Shown here: positions 15,873 through 30,992 of the stretch, one piece after another
Numbering within the stretch: position 1 is the first letter of the stretch
How the letters are laid out: each line of letters opens with the position of its first letter
Origin: the human T2T-CHM13v2.0 reference genome, Homo sapiens
Reading direction: 5' to 3' (one strand)
Assembly: GCF_009914755.1 (NCBI RefSeq)
Contig: NC_060934.1
Length of the DNA stretch: 64,000 nt
The notes under the pieces: generated by a model
Database searches by the model: none
Seen by the model: the letters and a program-made list of their open reading frames with translations, nothing else
Told to the model about the DNA's origin: nothing
Program-made: the position numbers and the translations under genes

Positions 15873-17296
15873 CTGCATAATATCTTGAAACTATTTTTAA
15901 AATAGAGCCAGCAATGGAATCTATATTTGAAGAGTGGTTAAGACGCTCTAAATGTTTATTTTTCAGCCATCATCAAATGTGCCAATCTCACCATTTTTCT
16001 TTCATTTAAAGAACGTCAAACTGGTTTGACCAGTCGCATTCCCCTATTCTCCCCCAGCTCCCCATTCTGGCCAAGGGTCCTGCATTTACTGCCAGTTTGG
16101 CTTGTGGCTGGACCCGACTGGCAGCAGGGCTTGGCAGCTGTGGCTTACCAAACCCTGTTGCTAAACATAACCAGTGTTTTTTGTTTGTTTTAACTGGAAG
16201 AAATCTGCCTATGTTTGACTTGCAGTTATTGGGGGAAAGGTTTCACTGTACAGGTGGGCCTGGGTAGGCACCTGACTCAGGGATGAAGTGATCTCTCCCC
16301 ACCAACACCACATGGTCTCAGGATCAGGAGGCTGAAAATCATAGCTGCTATTCATCAGGCACTTACAGTGCATTAAAGATGTTCTATACATTATCTAATT
16401 TAATTCTAACAAGCCAGTGGGTGGGTATTTTTATCTTTACTTTAGGGCAGAGAGAAGTACTGTCATTGTCATTTAGACGGGAAGAAACTGAAGTTCAGAG
16501 AGATTTCATAACTTCCTGAAGCTCCCACTGGTAGTGTGTAGCAGAGCTAGAAATCATGTTCAGCTCTTATTCACAATGCTCTAATGCTTCCTAGTTTGGC
16601 TCTGAACTGGTATGGGGGAAGAAGAACAGATAGAAACATTTCTTTTTGCTACTGAGGTATTAGATGTAGCATTTGAGGAGGGGAAGTTCTCTTCTAGTTT
16701 CTGGGGTTGCGCTGGGAAAGATGTAATTCCTGTGTCTGGATTTCTCGTTGGAATTTGGAGTTCCAGGAGTTAACTCAAAGTAATAATGGGAAACTAGAGG
16801 ACAACTAATATTATGTCAGCTTGATAATAAAAACAAACATACTTCTGTGAGCCATGTAGACTGTATATATCATGCGTAACACAGTCTCTGTGGGAAAAAT
16901 AAAGCATGTTAAGTCCCCAGTAACATATTTTTGAAATAGATTTAATTTGTGAATTGGTGGATTTAATGTATGTAATTTAATGTATGTAAACCATATCTGG
17001 TTGCTTTTTTTCTCCCTAATGATAATTCACTGTGCATTTACATATGTAGAGGAAGAGAATTGGAAACTACAGAAGTAAAAGGACATAGGCTTATGCTACA
17101 AAGGATAGAGAAGATACAGCAAAAAAAAAAAAAAAAAAAAAGAGTAAGAGAGGGTTGCTTCTGGACTTGTTGAGGCTGTTTCAGAAAAAGAAAGTTAGCA
17201 GAGATTTGATGCCTGAGAACCTAGAAAGAATTAGCAAGTACATCAAAGACATTGTGATTTTTAGCCACCTTATAGGCAGCTAAATAGTGTTAATGT

Positions 17297-17601
17297 GGCC
17301 GGGCATGGTGGCTCATGCCTGTAATCTCAACACTTTGGGAGGCCGAGGCAGGCGAATCACCTGAGGTCAGGAGTTCGAGACCAGCCTGACCAACATGGAG
17401 AAACCCTGTCTGTCCTAAAAATAAAAATAATTAGCCGGGCATTGTGGCATGTGCCTATAATCCCAGCTACTCTGGAGGCTGAGGCAGGAGAATCACTTGA
17501 TTCCAGGAGGTGGAGGTTGTGGTAAGCCAAGATTGCGCCATTGCACTCCACCTGGGCAACAAGAGTGAAACTCCGTCTCACAAAAAAAATAAATAAATAA
17601 A
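17297..17601 (+). mobile_element. Alu (AluSp/Sq-like)
   Basis: Full dimer; 15-bp TSD aaatagtgttaa(t/c)gt at 17282-17296 and 17602-17616. Confidence 0.95.
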
Positions 17602-18753
17602 AAATAGTGTTAACGTGCTTTTAAGGACCTCTCCATTTGAAATTCTGCTTAAAAGAGCCAAAGCAATAAGTTCACAGTCAAGGTCAGAGACCTAGTATAT
17701 CTTCTTGGTACTTTAACTTTTTCATTTTCTTTATGTGATGTTATTACAGTTATGTTTGATAAGTGAATTAACTAGAGATTTTTAAGCCTAACAGATATTT
17801 TTCTGTATTATATAAACATTTGCAAGATATCTCTCTGAGTTTTAGCTTTCCAGGACTTAAATAGTCCAAATAGTCCATGAAAGTACTGTTTTGCTCATTA
17901 TGTTAACCAAAAAAAAAGCAAGGCAGATCAACTGATGGTTAGAACTTGAGGTCGGGGTAGGGGTGGGGCTACTTTTGAGATATGTTCCCAAACATTAAAC
18001 ATGGATAATAAAATTACAAAAAAATAGAAAGAAAGAAACCATGAATAAAACCCACATGCAATTATAAAATGATTACATTACATAAGTTGTACAAGTTCCA
18101 ACATTGGGGACCCACAGAATCAAATGCTTGTAGTGCCTGGGAAGTAATACGTATCCTCAAAAATTCAATGGCTCTGGAAATCTCTTTTATGTTGTTTTTC
18201 AGAGAAATGCCCAAAAGATTTGCAATCAAAACAGTCGAGACCATGGTTCTATGCAGACGCCGCCTCTGAAAAATCACAGGTGACTTTCTAATGACTTTCT
18301 TCTTAGTTTTTGGCCTTATAAACAAAGATGTTTCTGTTAGATTTGACCCATTGAGGAGAAAGAGAGAGGGCCAGGATGCTATGAAGACTCCTTCCAGCAT
18401 CCAGCCCAGACACTCTGTCTTGGGGAGTGGACCATTTTGACGCCCTGTCTGTAAGATGCTCCTTGAAGCCAGAGACCAAGGAGCTAACCAATTTATGTTC
18501 TCACTGAAGTTGATATTACAGATTAGATACCAATTCCCTGGGTGAGCCACAGTTTCTGAAAGAGGGGCTCTGGATTCTCGAAGCAAGTTCCATTTTCTTC
18601 TCTATCAGTCTTGGTCCATGCGTAAAGAAAAGAACAGAAAACCAGGTTTGGGGCCAACATGAAGAAATGCTATGTAGATACATTTGTTGTGGTGATTAAA
18701 AGGGCCAATTCTCATTAAGTGGAATTTGCTCTCTTTCAACTGGACATGCACAG

Positions 18754-18756
<3 letters not shown>

Positions 18757-18807
<51 letters not shown>
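18757..18807. repeat. Uninterrupted poly(T), about 51 nt
   Basis: Counted directly; no recognisable adjacent retroelement body. Confidence 0.95.
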
Positions 18808-18809
<2 letters not shown>

Positions 18810-21369
18810 TATTAACTTATTTTTTTCCCCTTCCAGCTTAGCCAGAGACCTCATGGAGGTCTAAACCCAAGCCAAGCTTGATCGGTTTTAATTCAACCAC
18901 TGTTGATTTATGGCTTAGCAAAAAATGTCTGAGAATTTTTTTAAGCTAAAAAAATTTTTTTTACCCCAACTTGACTCCCTCACATCTCAAATCCAGCTGA
19001 AGGGATATTTCTTAGACTTTCAAAAGACAAAGTCATCATTGGAATGGAAGGGAGCACTGAAAGTTTCAAATCCCAGAGAGAAGTCCTGTGAAAGGGTATA
19101 TACAAGTAAAAACAAATATATTGGAACACCATGTGACACATTAAATAGGTTCATTTGATTCCCTTTGAATAGAAACTAGAATAGAATCAACCCAAGGCTG
19201 GAGTGGAGGTGTGGGATGGGTTGGGGGTGTTTTTTGAGGGATTGCACCAGAAGAGACACAAAAGTTCCTCTTTGCTTTCTCTTATAAGCCCCTCTTCCTT
19301 TTCTTATCAGCCAGACCAAAAATGATCCATGGTAAATTTTTTTCTCTACCTGGCTCTGGAATGTACATTGTTATATAATACAAGCAGGAATTAGACTAAT
19401 AAGCTATTACCAACTGCAAGAAGAAAACCAATACCAAGCCACTGGTGCCTTCCATCTCTGATATTTAATGGGTCTAATCTAGTTCACAATGTATGAGCCT
19501 TTCTCTGCCTCCTGTAACATTCAGGCCGGGCTGTGAGATTTAACCATTCGTTAGCTGTGGGCGTATAATTTGTACCTTCTGTCTTTTCCTGGGTGAGCGT
19601 CTGTCTTTCCCATAAGACTGTAAGCTCAGTGAGAGGAGGAACTCACCACATATTCCATCTAATTTCCCACGGCCGTGACCTCCAACCTTCCTCTCGATTT
19701 CTCACACATTAGTCCAGTGACTGTCCGAGTCCCCCGCCTCAAAAGAACACACAGAAGGAACAAGGTAAAAGGTACCTTTCTTCCTAATGCTGAGGTAGAA
19801 CCAAGTATATAATTCCTGATAATTGCATTGTAGTCTTCTTCCTGGGGGATCTTTGAGAAGCAGGGAAGGGGCACTCTCTGCTATCATATATTTGTGCACT
19901 GTGTGCTTCTCCACTAAGTGCATATCTTCCTGAAAAAAATTACTGGTTATACAGCAGCTCCGCTCATGAACGTTAATACACACCCAATACTTAGACTGCC
20001 TTGGCTCAGACACAGAATTACTGCTTTTACTTCTAATGCTTTAAATTCCTTCCATGGTTTTAGTTTTTCAATGTCAAGAACAGGCTTTCACTCATCTCTC
20101 CTGCGACTGCGATGAATTCCTTAGAGACCAAGGCCACATCTGTGCTGTACATTAGCTTTCTTGCCTCAGACATCGTCCTGGTTTCATATCAGATAAACAG
20201 ATTAATGGGCAAGGAATAGACCTGCCCCAGAAAACAAATGAAATAACGGGACAGAATTGTGTTTAAGTACAAAAATGTCTGATTCTTGTTATATACACTT
20301 TGTGCCAAAACACACCCCACCAGTGTTTATAACTGAATTTATATGAACAACATCCTGAAATTTATTGAGCATTTACATTATTCTATACACTATCCAAAGC
20401 ACTTCACAGATATTATCTCATTTAACTTTCACAATTCTACGAGTAGTTACTATTTACAATTAGGTTCTATTGCTATTAAATTTGTACCATCAATATTCAG
20501 TATGACTCATTTGGTCCTTACATGAGGTTATGATGTCTTTTGTGTGATTATCTTATACTGTATGAAGACTTTGCAGTGTTTATTATATGTCTCATTTGTC
20601 TTTGTTGTATTAATTGCTACAAGAAGGAGATCTCCAAGACCAGTTGCTTAAAGAACAGAGACATGTATTTCTCTCTCATGTAAAAATTTAGGAAGCAGGT
20701 TTCAGATTGGCTGGTGTCTATAGTCCACATAGTCATTCAGGGACGTTAGTTCTTTCATGTTTTTTCTTTACCATCTCCTAGGTGTAGCCAGTGTTGAGGC
20801 ACCAGAGCAGAAGTGGCATCTATCACTTCTACTTACCTTGGAGAAAACTTAGTCACATGTCCATAGCTAACTCTACAGGAAACTAGGACATGTATCCACT
20901 GGGTACCCATGTGTCTAGCTATAGTTTTATTACTATGAAACAAAGGGAGGACTGGAATTTAGTGAGTAGCTCACTATGTTCATCATAGTCTTCAATAAAT
21001 AGATTGTAAACAATTGGAGAGCTAGGCCTGTGTCTTATTCACATTTGTCCCTATCACAGGGCTAAGCACCTGCCACAGAAATCACAGGGCTAAGCACCTG
21101 CTCATGTGCCAGCACTCCCTACTCTGGTGTAGGGATGTATAGGGTTTGTGATGCCAGACATGGCAAATGAACCATGGCACTACTCTTTCCTGAACTTGGG
21201 TTTGCCCTCAGAATATTTTGCAGTACAGTACCCCTGGAAGCCACTTGGAACAGGTGGGAATTGGCACACCATCTGAATCCTATTAGCCCTCCCTGATTGT
21301 AGGTATTCAAATGTTAAAGAACCATAATAGTTTTCCCTCTATTTCCATGGAAACAGGTATGTTGGTTAC

Positions 21370-22222
<853 letters not shown>

Positions 22223-22230
22223 ATATAGAC

Positions 22231-22231
22231 A

Positions 22232-22266
<35 letters not shown>

Positions 22267-22268
22267 AA
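22231..22268. repeat. (TAAA)n microsatellite
   Basis: Seen directly. Confidence 0.9.
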
Positions 22269-23103
22269 TAGTTGCCTTCTCAGAATGGGAATTTGGAGAG
22301 TGTCAGGAGAACTTGGGAGGAGTGAGGGATAAAAATTGTCTAATTATTTTTTGGGTTGTTGTTTCAGTGCTAGCAGCTCCTGACTTGGACTGGACCAGGA
22401 ATGAGCTCATTTTATTAGGTTGCACAAAGCCGGCTTGATCTTTAAGGAAGAATCAATAGATTCACAATAAATGGAAACTTAGAGTTATTCTGTGATTTTT
22501 CCCAACCAGCTAGATCACAAGAGCTGCAACAGCTCCAAATTTCTCTTTTTGAATCCAAGACACCTCCCAAACCATACTCGTATCCTACATTTCCACATGG
22601 CCTTGTCTCAGTCATCTGTAACTGCTTCTGGGATTTCTGGTCCTACTAAGCGCTGAATGGAGATCTCATCCGTCCACACGATGCTGCTGCAAAATGTTTC
22701 CCTCCTCTCCATTTCTCATGGTCCTGTTTTCCAATCTAATTATCCCTTATACTGCAACTTGGTGAATGGGGATATACCCAATTTCCTATCAACTCTGTGC
22801 CTGCTCTTGTGCCTAAGGCAGGGGTTCTTAAGCTGGGACTGTTATGTATGATCATATCATCATTAGAGCTTGTTTGGGGGCAAGAAACAGAAACACACTT
22901 GAACTTTTAAAGCAAAGATAGACAACTTGTTATTGAGATTCAGGGACATTCTACTACATTAAACAGTAGGAATGAGCCAAGCTTCATGGGGGATTGGAGT
23001 TGGGAAGTGGGAAGTCTGCACAAATCTTCTTGTTTCATGGATCTCTGCTTCTCTCTGGACCTCTGTGTCATTCTCACTGCATACCAGATCTCTCTGATAT
23101 TTA

Positions 23104-23517
<414 letters not shown>

Positions 23518-23549
23518 CTATAGTGTTTGCATGCATTTTGAGGGGATAG

Positions 23550-23750
23550 TGTATGTTATTCTGAGCAAACTACTTAAGTCTCTGGGCTTCCATTTTCTCA
23601 TCTACAAGAAGAAAAGAATATGTTTAAGGACAAATAATCTGCATTTGCACTTAGAATATACCTGCCATATAATGAGTACTCAGCAAACATTAGGTGTTAC
23701 CAAGCTTTGCACAATGAGCTACTACTAAGAAATTAGGCAGTACCTAAATC
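23550..23750. repeat. Left arm of a ~200-bp diverged inverted duplication (partner 28853-29038)
   Basis: Its reverse complement aligns with 28853-29038, e.g. actgcctaatttcttagta / gctcattgtgcaaa / taacacctaatgttt / agtagtttgctc. Confidence 0.85.
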
Positions 23751-24482
23751 CTCATTCTCCATAGTTGAGAGTTAATAGATAATATGAAAAAATCATGAAA
23801 GTACAATAAGCTGTTATTTATAAAAATGGAGTAAAATATAAGAAATAGTTGAAAAGACAGTAAGTAGTTACCTCTGGGAACAAGAATTGGGAGTGGGGAG
23901 AGATGGAGTTATTTTAAAAATTATAAACCTAGTAGTATTTGACTTTTAAATCAATTTACTCAGTGTGATCCCAATTTTGTGTTACTAAACACACACACAC
24001 ACCCTTATATGTATTATATGAATGACAATACGTATGATATACATGTATAATATATAACTATTACATTGTATACCTATATCTATGTGCATTAAAAATACAG
24101 AAGAAAACATACAGAAGTCAACTATGGCTGTCTCTTGGGAGGGGAAGGTTAGGGTTGTAGGTAAGTTTTAGTTTTATTTGACCTGTTTTCCCTATTTCCC
24201 AAACTTACTGTGAAGAAGACACATTGGCTCATCATTGTAAATTTTTTTAAGAGGGCGAGAAAGAGACAGGAAGGAACCAGGAGATATGGGTTCAATCCCA
24301 GCTGTGCCACTAATTCAACTAATTCACTGTGATCTTGAGCAAACTGCTACCTCCCTGGGCCCCTGTTGATCCAGCCATAAACACAGGATTGAGCTGAGCT
24401 CTAAATAATAACAATGCAAAGAGCTACCATTTATCTAAGACTTACTATGTTGCCAACTCTGTGCTAGACACTTTAGTTACAC

Positions 24483-24648
24483 CAGTGGTTATCAAACGCA
24501 TTAGAATCACCTGGAGAGCTTTTTCAGCCACAGGTTGCAAAGCCCACCTCCTGAGCTTCTGATTCAGTGGGCCTGGGGTGAGGCCTGATAATTTGCATCT
24601 CTAACAAGTTCCCAGGTGATACTGATGCTGCTGACCTGAGGATCACTG
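24483..24648. mobile_element. MER5A (hAT-Charlie)
   Basis: cagtggttatcaaa...agaatcacctggagagc...ttgcatctctaacaagttcccaggtgatactgatgctgctg. Confidence 0.85.
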
Positions 24649-25829
24649 ACTTAACTCATTTAAGACTTGCAAAAACCCTGTGTTAAATTTTTCATCCTTT
24701 GGATGGGGAAACTGAGGCTCAGAGAGGTCACACAGTGTCAGAGCTATGATTTGAATCCGAGACTATTTAAACCAAAGCTCTTGCTGTGATACTGCCTTCC
24801 TCTGAGGTTTCCTCTCAGTTTCAACTTCCTATGTTTCTAGTTTACAAACAACAAAACCCACACATCTGAGACCAAATCAAAGCTCTTCAGAAAAATCCCA
24901 AGAAAATCCCGACATGTGCAACTTCTGCCTGGAGCGGATGAGTCTGGCGCTGAACACCAAGAGGGAGGGTGATAGACCGCGGAGCCGACTGGCTTGCACG
25001 AGGCTAGCAAAGGGATTGCAGCTTCATTAAGGCACCCCTGCAACTGACTTGAACTTTTCTTTCCTTATCCTACAGTTTATTTGGCATTCTCTGGGTCTCT
25101 TAATCCACAGTCATTTGGGTAGCAAAAAAAAAGAAAAAAAAAAGTGGAAATGAGTTTTCGTCAATGTTGACTTTTGTGGTGTCCCCAGGAATGGTTATTT
25201 TCTTCCCTTTCTCCCTAGTGTGAATTCTCAAGTAAGTAGCAAATGATTTCAAATGCATGCCGATTGCAGTGGCCAGCTGCCAGGAGAGAAGTGAAAATAA
25301 ACTGGTGACAGGAAGTGTCTCAGTTCACGGAAAGGGCAGCGAGGATATAGTGGAGCAAGCCCATGACACTCCTGGGTCCACATGCTGAAAGACTTACCCG
25401 GACGGGCTGTGTAGCCACAAATCTCCTAGTAATTCATTAAGTAAGGGGAAACGCTCCCAGAAGCATTTCTCTCCTCTCCTAACACCCTTTGTCTTTTAAT
25501 TTCCAAACTCCGGGTTCATTCCTATGTCAAGCGAGCCTGGGTGAGTCTCTCTAAACAACTCCTTCATGCGTGATGGAACACACTGCCACAGACTAATGCT
25601 TTGACTCTAAGTGTTTTAACAGGCTGAGGTTTCCAAGCTTTAGGATCACAAGATGGATATATGATCGGTGTGAACTAGAAAACAGCATCAAAAACAGCAT
25701 GAAGGATGGTGGAAAGAAAAGCGAGTTACATGGAACTTTGCCCAGTGCAGGGCTTACAGGCTGGAAGAAAAGTTTCAAGGATAAAAAAGTATATTCGAAG
25801 TGAGTAATAAGATAAAATAAGATGATAGA

Positions 25830-27400
25830 GCAAGGTCAAACGTATCAATAATATCAATAAATGTAAATAGGCTTAATTTACTTACTAAAAAAGAGACTTC
25901 CACATTGGCTAATATAGCAAAATTTAACACTGCTCTACACAAGAGGAACACCTAAAACAAAAGGCCCTGAAAGGTTAAAAAAAAGAAAGAAAAAGATATT
26001 AAAACAAATGCAAATTAAAACTTAAAAGCAGTTACAATTTTGATATCTGACAAGATGGAATTTAAACCAAAAAGCACTAAAGAAGGCAAGAAGGAGACTT
26101 TAAAATACTAAAGGTAACAATTCACATTGAAGATATCTAAGTTATTAACATTGAAGCACCTAACAACTAAAGATGCAGGGGAAATGGAAACCCAAATAAT
26201 TGGTGATTTTAATCCATGTCTGTCGATCCAAGAGAGATCAAGTGGACAATAAGGATGCAGGAGATACAAACGTAACCAATAAGGTAGATCTTATAGATGG
26301 GTGTAGAAACCTGGACCCCAATAGTGGCAAAAACACCTTCTCAAATGACTACACTTTGGGCCATAAGGAAAACCTCATAAAATTTCAAAGAACAAAGAGA
26401 ATACTCTCTGATCACAATACAATAAAATTAATAATTATAAACAAAATTTAAAAACCAAAACTATTAATGCTCAACCAAATACAGGATTAATAATTTCCTC
26501 TACAATAGACTAAAACATGTTAACTATGTTCATGTTCATTGAGATTATAATATAGATACCAACTGGTAATAATACAAAAACAAAACAAAACCACAAAAAC
26601 CAAAGCATAAACAAAATTAGAAAACCAAAGAGACCAAAGGAAAAAAAAAAACTGAAAAGACTACTGTATCTGAAAATTAGGAAAAAGCATGTTACTAAGC
26701 AGCTGTTAGAGATAGAAGGACAACTTGAAATTATAGAATTTCTGGAAAAGAATGATAATGGAAACACAAATAATCAAGTCTAGGCTATTCAACTAATGCA
26801 ATTAATAAAGGAAAAAGTTTAGCATTAAATATCTATATCAGTAAAAATGAAAATAAGTGAACTAAATGCCCCATTCAAAAAGCAAGAAAAGAACCACAGA
26901 GTGCGCCAAAATAATCTAGAAGGAAGGAATTAATAAAGATGAAAGCAAAAATTAATAAACTAGAAAGTAGAACTTAAAAATAAACCTAAGGCTGAAACAA
27001 TCAACAAAATATACAAAGCACCAACTAAACTGGTCAAGAAGATAAATGAGAGGAAGCATGGACACACAAGATTAGAAATACTGTGTGTGGGTAGATGGGT
27101 AGGACCATCAAAGCAGAGGAAATCCAAACTAAAAACATAAGAGACTGTTTTTTTCAACTCTATGCAAAATATTTGAAAACTTAGATGAAATGGATAATTT
27201 TCTAGAATAATGCAACTTACCTAAATTGGTCTCAGTAGAGACACAAAGTCTTAACAGACCAATTACCATAGAAGAAATGAAGAGCTCACCAACAAAAAGC
27301 ACCAGGCCCTAACAGTTTCTCAGGAAAATTCCAGCAGACCTCTAAAGATCAACTAATCCCGATACTACTTAATAACAAAGAAAAAGAAGAAAAACTTCAG
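25830..27400 (+). mobile_element. Old L1M ORF2 5' region (endonuclease remnant)
   Basis: ORF 26200-26451 contains VDLIDGCRNLDP...TLGHKENLIKF...LSDHNTIKL, matching L1 endonuclease motifs DLIDIYRTLHP and SDHN. Confidence 0.8.
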
Positions 27401-27531
27401 ATAATTTGAGTTTTAATAATTTATTCTACAGTGGACTAAAACATGTAAGCTATGTTTAATGTTTCTGAGTTAATAATATAACTATCAACTGATAATGACA
27501 CAAAAACAAAACAAAACAACAACAAAACTCA

Positions 27532-27888
<357 letters not shown>

Positions 27889-27919
27889 CTAGGTGAACTA
27901 TATCTCACAATGAGGTAAG

Positions 27920-28700
27920 TTTTTCTTTGTAGAAACATTCTAGCTAATACATGGAAAGTACTGATAGGTTTAAAACACCACTCTTTTGTAACCCCTGATG
28001 AAATTTGTGGATCTGGGCTATGATCATCAAAGGCTGTTCACTTCTCAAAGTGAGAGATTAAGAGACAGACATTACATGTGTCCCAGTGGAAGTCCACCAT
28101 ATCATCTATAATGTATTCTTGACATAGAACTTCTAATTTACAAGAAACACACAGTCCAGGGAATATGTGAACTAATACTATAGGGATGCAATCAGCAAAA
28201 TCCAGGCTATGGAAACTCTATAGGACAAATGATTCAATTTCCTAAACAAATGAATTACAAGGAGAAAAGAAGAGATGGAGGAGGAATCTATAGATTAAAA
28301 GAAATTTGAGAAACCTGAACCAATCCAACATGTGGATGCAATTTGGGTCCCAATTCAAACAAACTAACATTTATGAGACAATTAGGGGAAATTTGGACCT
28401 GGTAATATGATAATATTAAACATTATTAATTATAAAAGGTATAATATTGGAATTATAATTTAAGAAAAGAGAATCTGTATATTTCAGAGATGTATGCTGA
28501 AATATCTGGAAATGAAATTATATAATGTCTGGGATTTGCCACAAAAGATTGAAGGTAGAAATGGGAGAGAGGCAGATGGGGCTATAAATGAAATAAGATT
28601 GGCCAAAAGTTAGTATTTAAAGAAGCTGAGTGATGGGAATATGGAGGTTCCCTATACTATCCGTTTTTCCTTTTTATATGTTTGAGATTTCCCAAAGTAA
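27920..28700 (+). mobile_element. Old L1M (L1MC/MD/ME-type) 3' region
   Basis: Typical L1M 3'UTR motifs (atgcaatcagcaaaatcc, atgctgaaatat, atgtctgggatttgc). Confidence 0.6.
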
Positions 28701-28852
28701 AGAGCTTTTTGTGGTTGTTTTTAATTAGTTGCCATTACAGGTGATTGTTATTGTTCCCTTTATACTTATCCCTGTTTTTCAAATTTTTCACAGTGATAGT
28801 GGTTTACTTTAAATCATGGGAAAAATGCTTTTTGGCAGTAAAAGGAACAAAA

Positions 28853-29038
28853 GATTTAGTCACTGCCTAATTTCTTAGTAGCTCATTGTGCAAAATTTGT
28901 TAACACCTAATGTTTTTCTACTGCTTATTATATTCTAAGGGCGTATGTGGATTATTTGTTATTAAATATCTTATTTTCTTCTTGGAGATGAAGAAATGAA
29001 AATTCAGAGACTTGAAGTAGTTTGCTCGGAATAACACA
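28853..29038. repeat. Right arm of the inverted duplication (partner 23550-23750); partly MIR
   Basis: See the left arm; MIR-like sequence continues to about 29100. Confidence 0.85.
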
Positions 29039-30212
29039 GCTGGGGCAAGGGATAGAACTAGAATTTGAACTCGGGCTGTCTGGCTCCAAATTTTATTTTC
29101 TAAACTGTGATGTTGTTTAGCGAAATTGGCATCCTCTCTCTTCTCCCTCAAATCGGAGCTGCCTGTGCATGTGCTGTGAAGGTGGAAATGAGCCTGGCTC
29201 TTCTTTGAGACATTATTACCTGGGTGACTTTGGGCACAAGTCACTTCATTCTCTGAGCTTCAATTTTATTGCTTATTGGAGGGGGTTGGACTATTTGATG
29301 CTGGCTCTTGTTGCTTACCAGCTGTGCAGCCTTGGAAAAGTTGCATAACCTCTCTGAGCTTGGTTTTCCATCTCTGAAAAGAGGATTATTATTCCTACCT
29401 CATAGGGTGTTTGAGAAGAAGAAGGGCCATCTGTGAAAACTGTGGGATAAAATAATAATACTATAAATGATAATTGCCATTATTCTTCTTCTAGAAGAGT
29501 CCCTGAGTCTGGAAGGGTTGGGAAAAAGGACCCACTTACCCAGGAAGGCTTTCCTGGGCTTTCCACATCCATGCTGGTAACTCTGTATGGAGAGGACTTT
29601 GCAGTACCACAGGCACGGGATGAAGAGGGCCCTCGAGTCTTGAACCAGAAGGGAGCCTAATAACTGTGGGAGCCACCATGTATTGAACCCCTACTATTCT
29701 AGATGCTTTACAAATATTCCCACACTCAGCCTTGGCTCGGCCTAGCAGGGCAGATATTAACAGCATGCCCATGGCTAGTTAAGTGAGTAGAAGTGCCAGG
29801 ATTTAAACTGTGCCTCTTTCTCCTTTATCACTTTGCTTTGGTTATACTCAACCAGTTTTTTAATCCTGTGTGCAATAGGGTCTTATTATTGCATTTAACA
29901 TGAAAATACCTAGGTCACTAGTCAAATAGATTATTTTCAAGTATGAAGCTAATACATGCTTACTATAGCAAATAAAAGAAACATTCAGAAAAATAGAAAG
30001 ACAATTCACTCACAAATTCACTACCCAGCGTTCAGAGACAACCATGCATTAACATTTTCTTCTAGTCTTTTTTTTTTTTGTAGGTTTTTCTTGTATAATT
30101 GAGATCAGGCAATAGTAAATACATTTTAAAAACCTAAAATCATTGAAATAATGAAATGACCTTGGATTGGAAGGACCTCAGAGTAGCATCAGTGTATTGA
30201 GGTTGATCTATT

Positions 30213-30412
30213 TCAGTGGGTCTCAACTGTGTGAGATTTTGCCCCCAAGGGGATATTTGGAAATGTCTGGAGACATTTTTGGTTGGGGGGGTTGCTACTG
30301 GCATCTCGTGGGTAGGAGGCAGGCATGCTGCTGAACATCTACAGTGCACAGGACAGCCCCTACAAGGAGAATTATCTGGCTCAAGTGTCAATAGTGCCAA
30401 GATTAAGAAACC
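30213..30412. mobile_element. MER20 (hAT-Charlie)
   Basis: cagtgggtctcaact...ttttgcccccaaggggatatttggaaatgtctggagacatttttgg...gtcaatagtgccaag. Confidence 0.85.
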
Positions 30413-30992
30413 CCTTGTCTATCTGATTAATAATTATCAAATACAGTGGTTTTGTTGGTGTTGGATACAGGGGGCCGCATCCTGCTTCTCTCCACGGCAA
30501 CAAATCAGAATGCAGAAGAAGCAGCATGATTGAGTGGCGGGGAAGGCCTGTAGCTTTGACTGCGTCCCAAAGGGGTCGGGATCTCACGTTCTGCCTCTGG
30601 GTAGGACTTTGGCTTGTCCCTGTCAGTGATGCTTTCCCAGCCAGGTGACATCCTCACTGCTTGGTCAGGGGTCAGTCTGAGCATGGGGCCTGAGAGGGAA
30701 GCTGGGAGTACCACTCCCACTGACTATGATCATCAGAGGTCAGAGACACTGTGGAACTCAAGAAGTGGACACAAACACTTCTGCCAGAAGAGGGGTCCTG
30801 AGTCTATCCACACAGCCACCAGGGTGCCATGAGAACTGATCACGTCCTAACAAAGAGAGGGCCTGGGACTGGGGAGGCTCTGCACATCAGCTCCAATATC
30901 TCCACCTCCTCCCACTGTGAGGGAGCTGGGTCAGGAACCACTGCTGGTGAATCCAGAGGAGAAGAAGCAGAGACTTCTCCCCCATGGACGAG

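Noticed and set aside
18062-18586. 174-aa minus-strand ORF
   Set aside because: No recognisable homology and a non-ATG start; no supporting exon structure.
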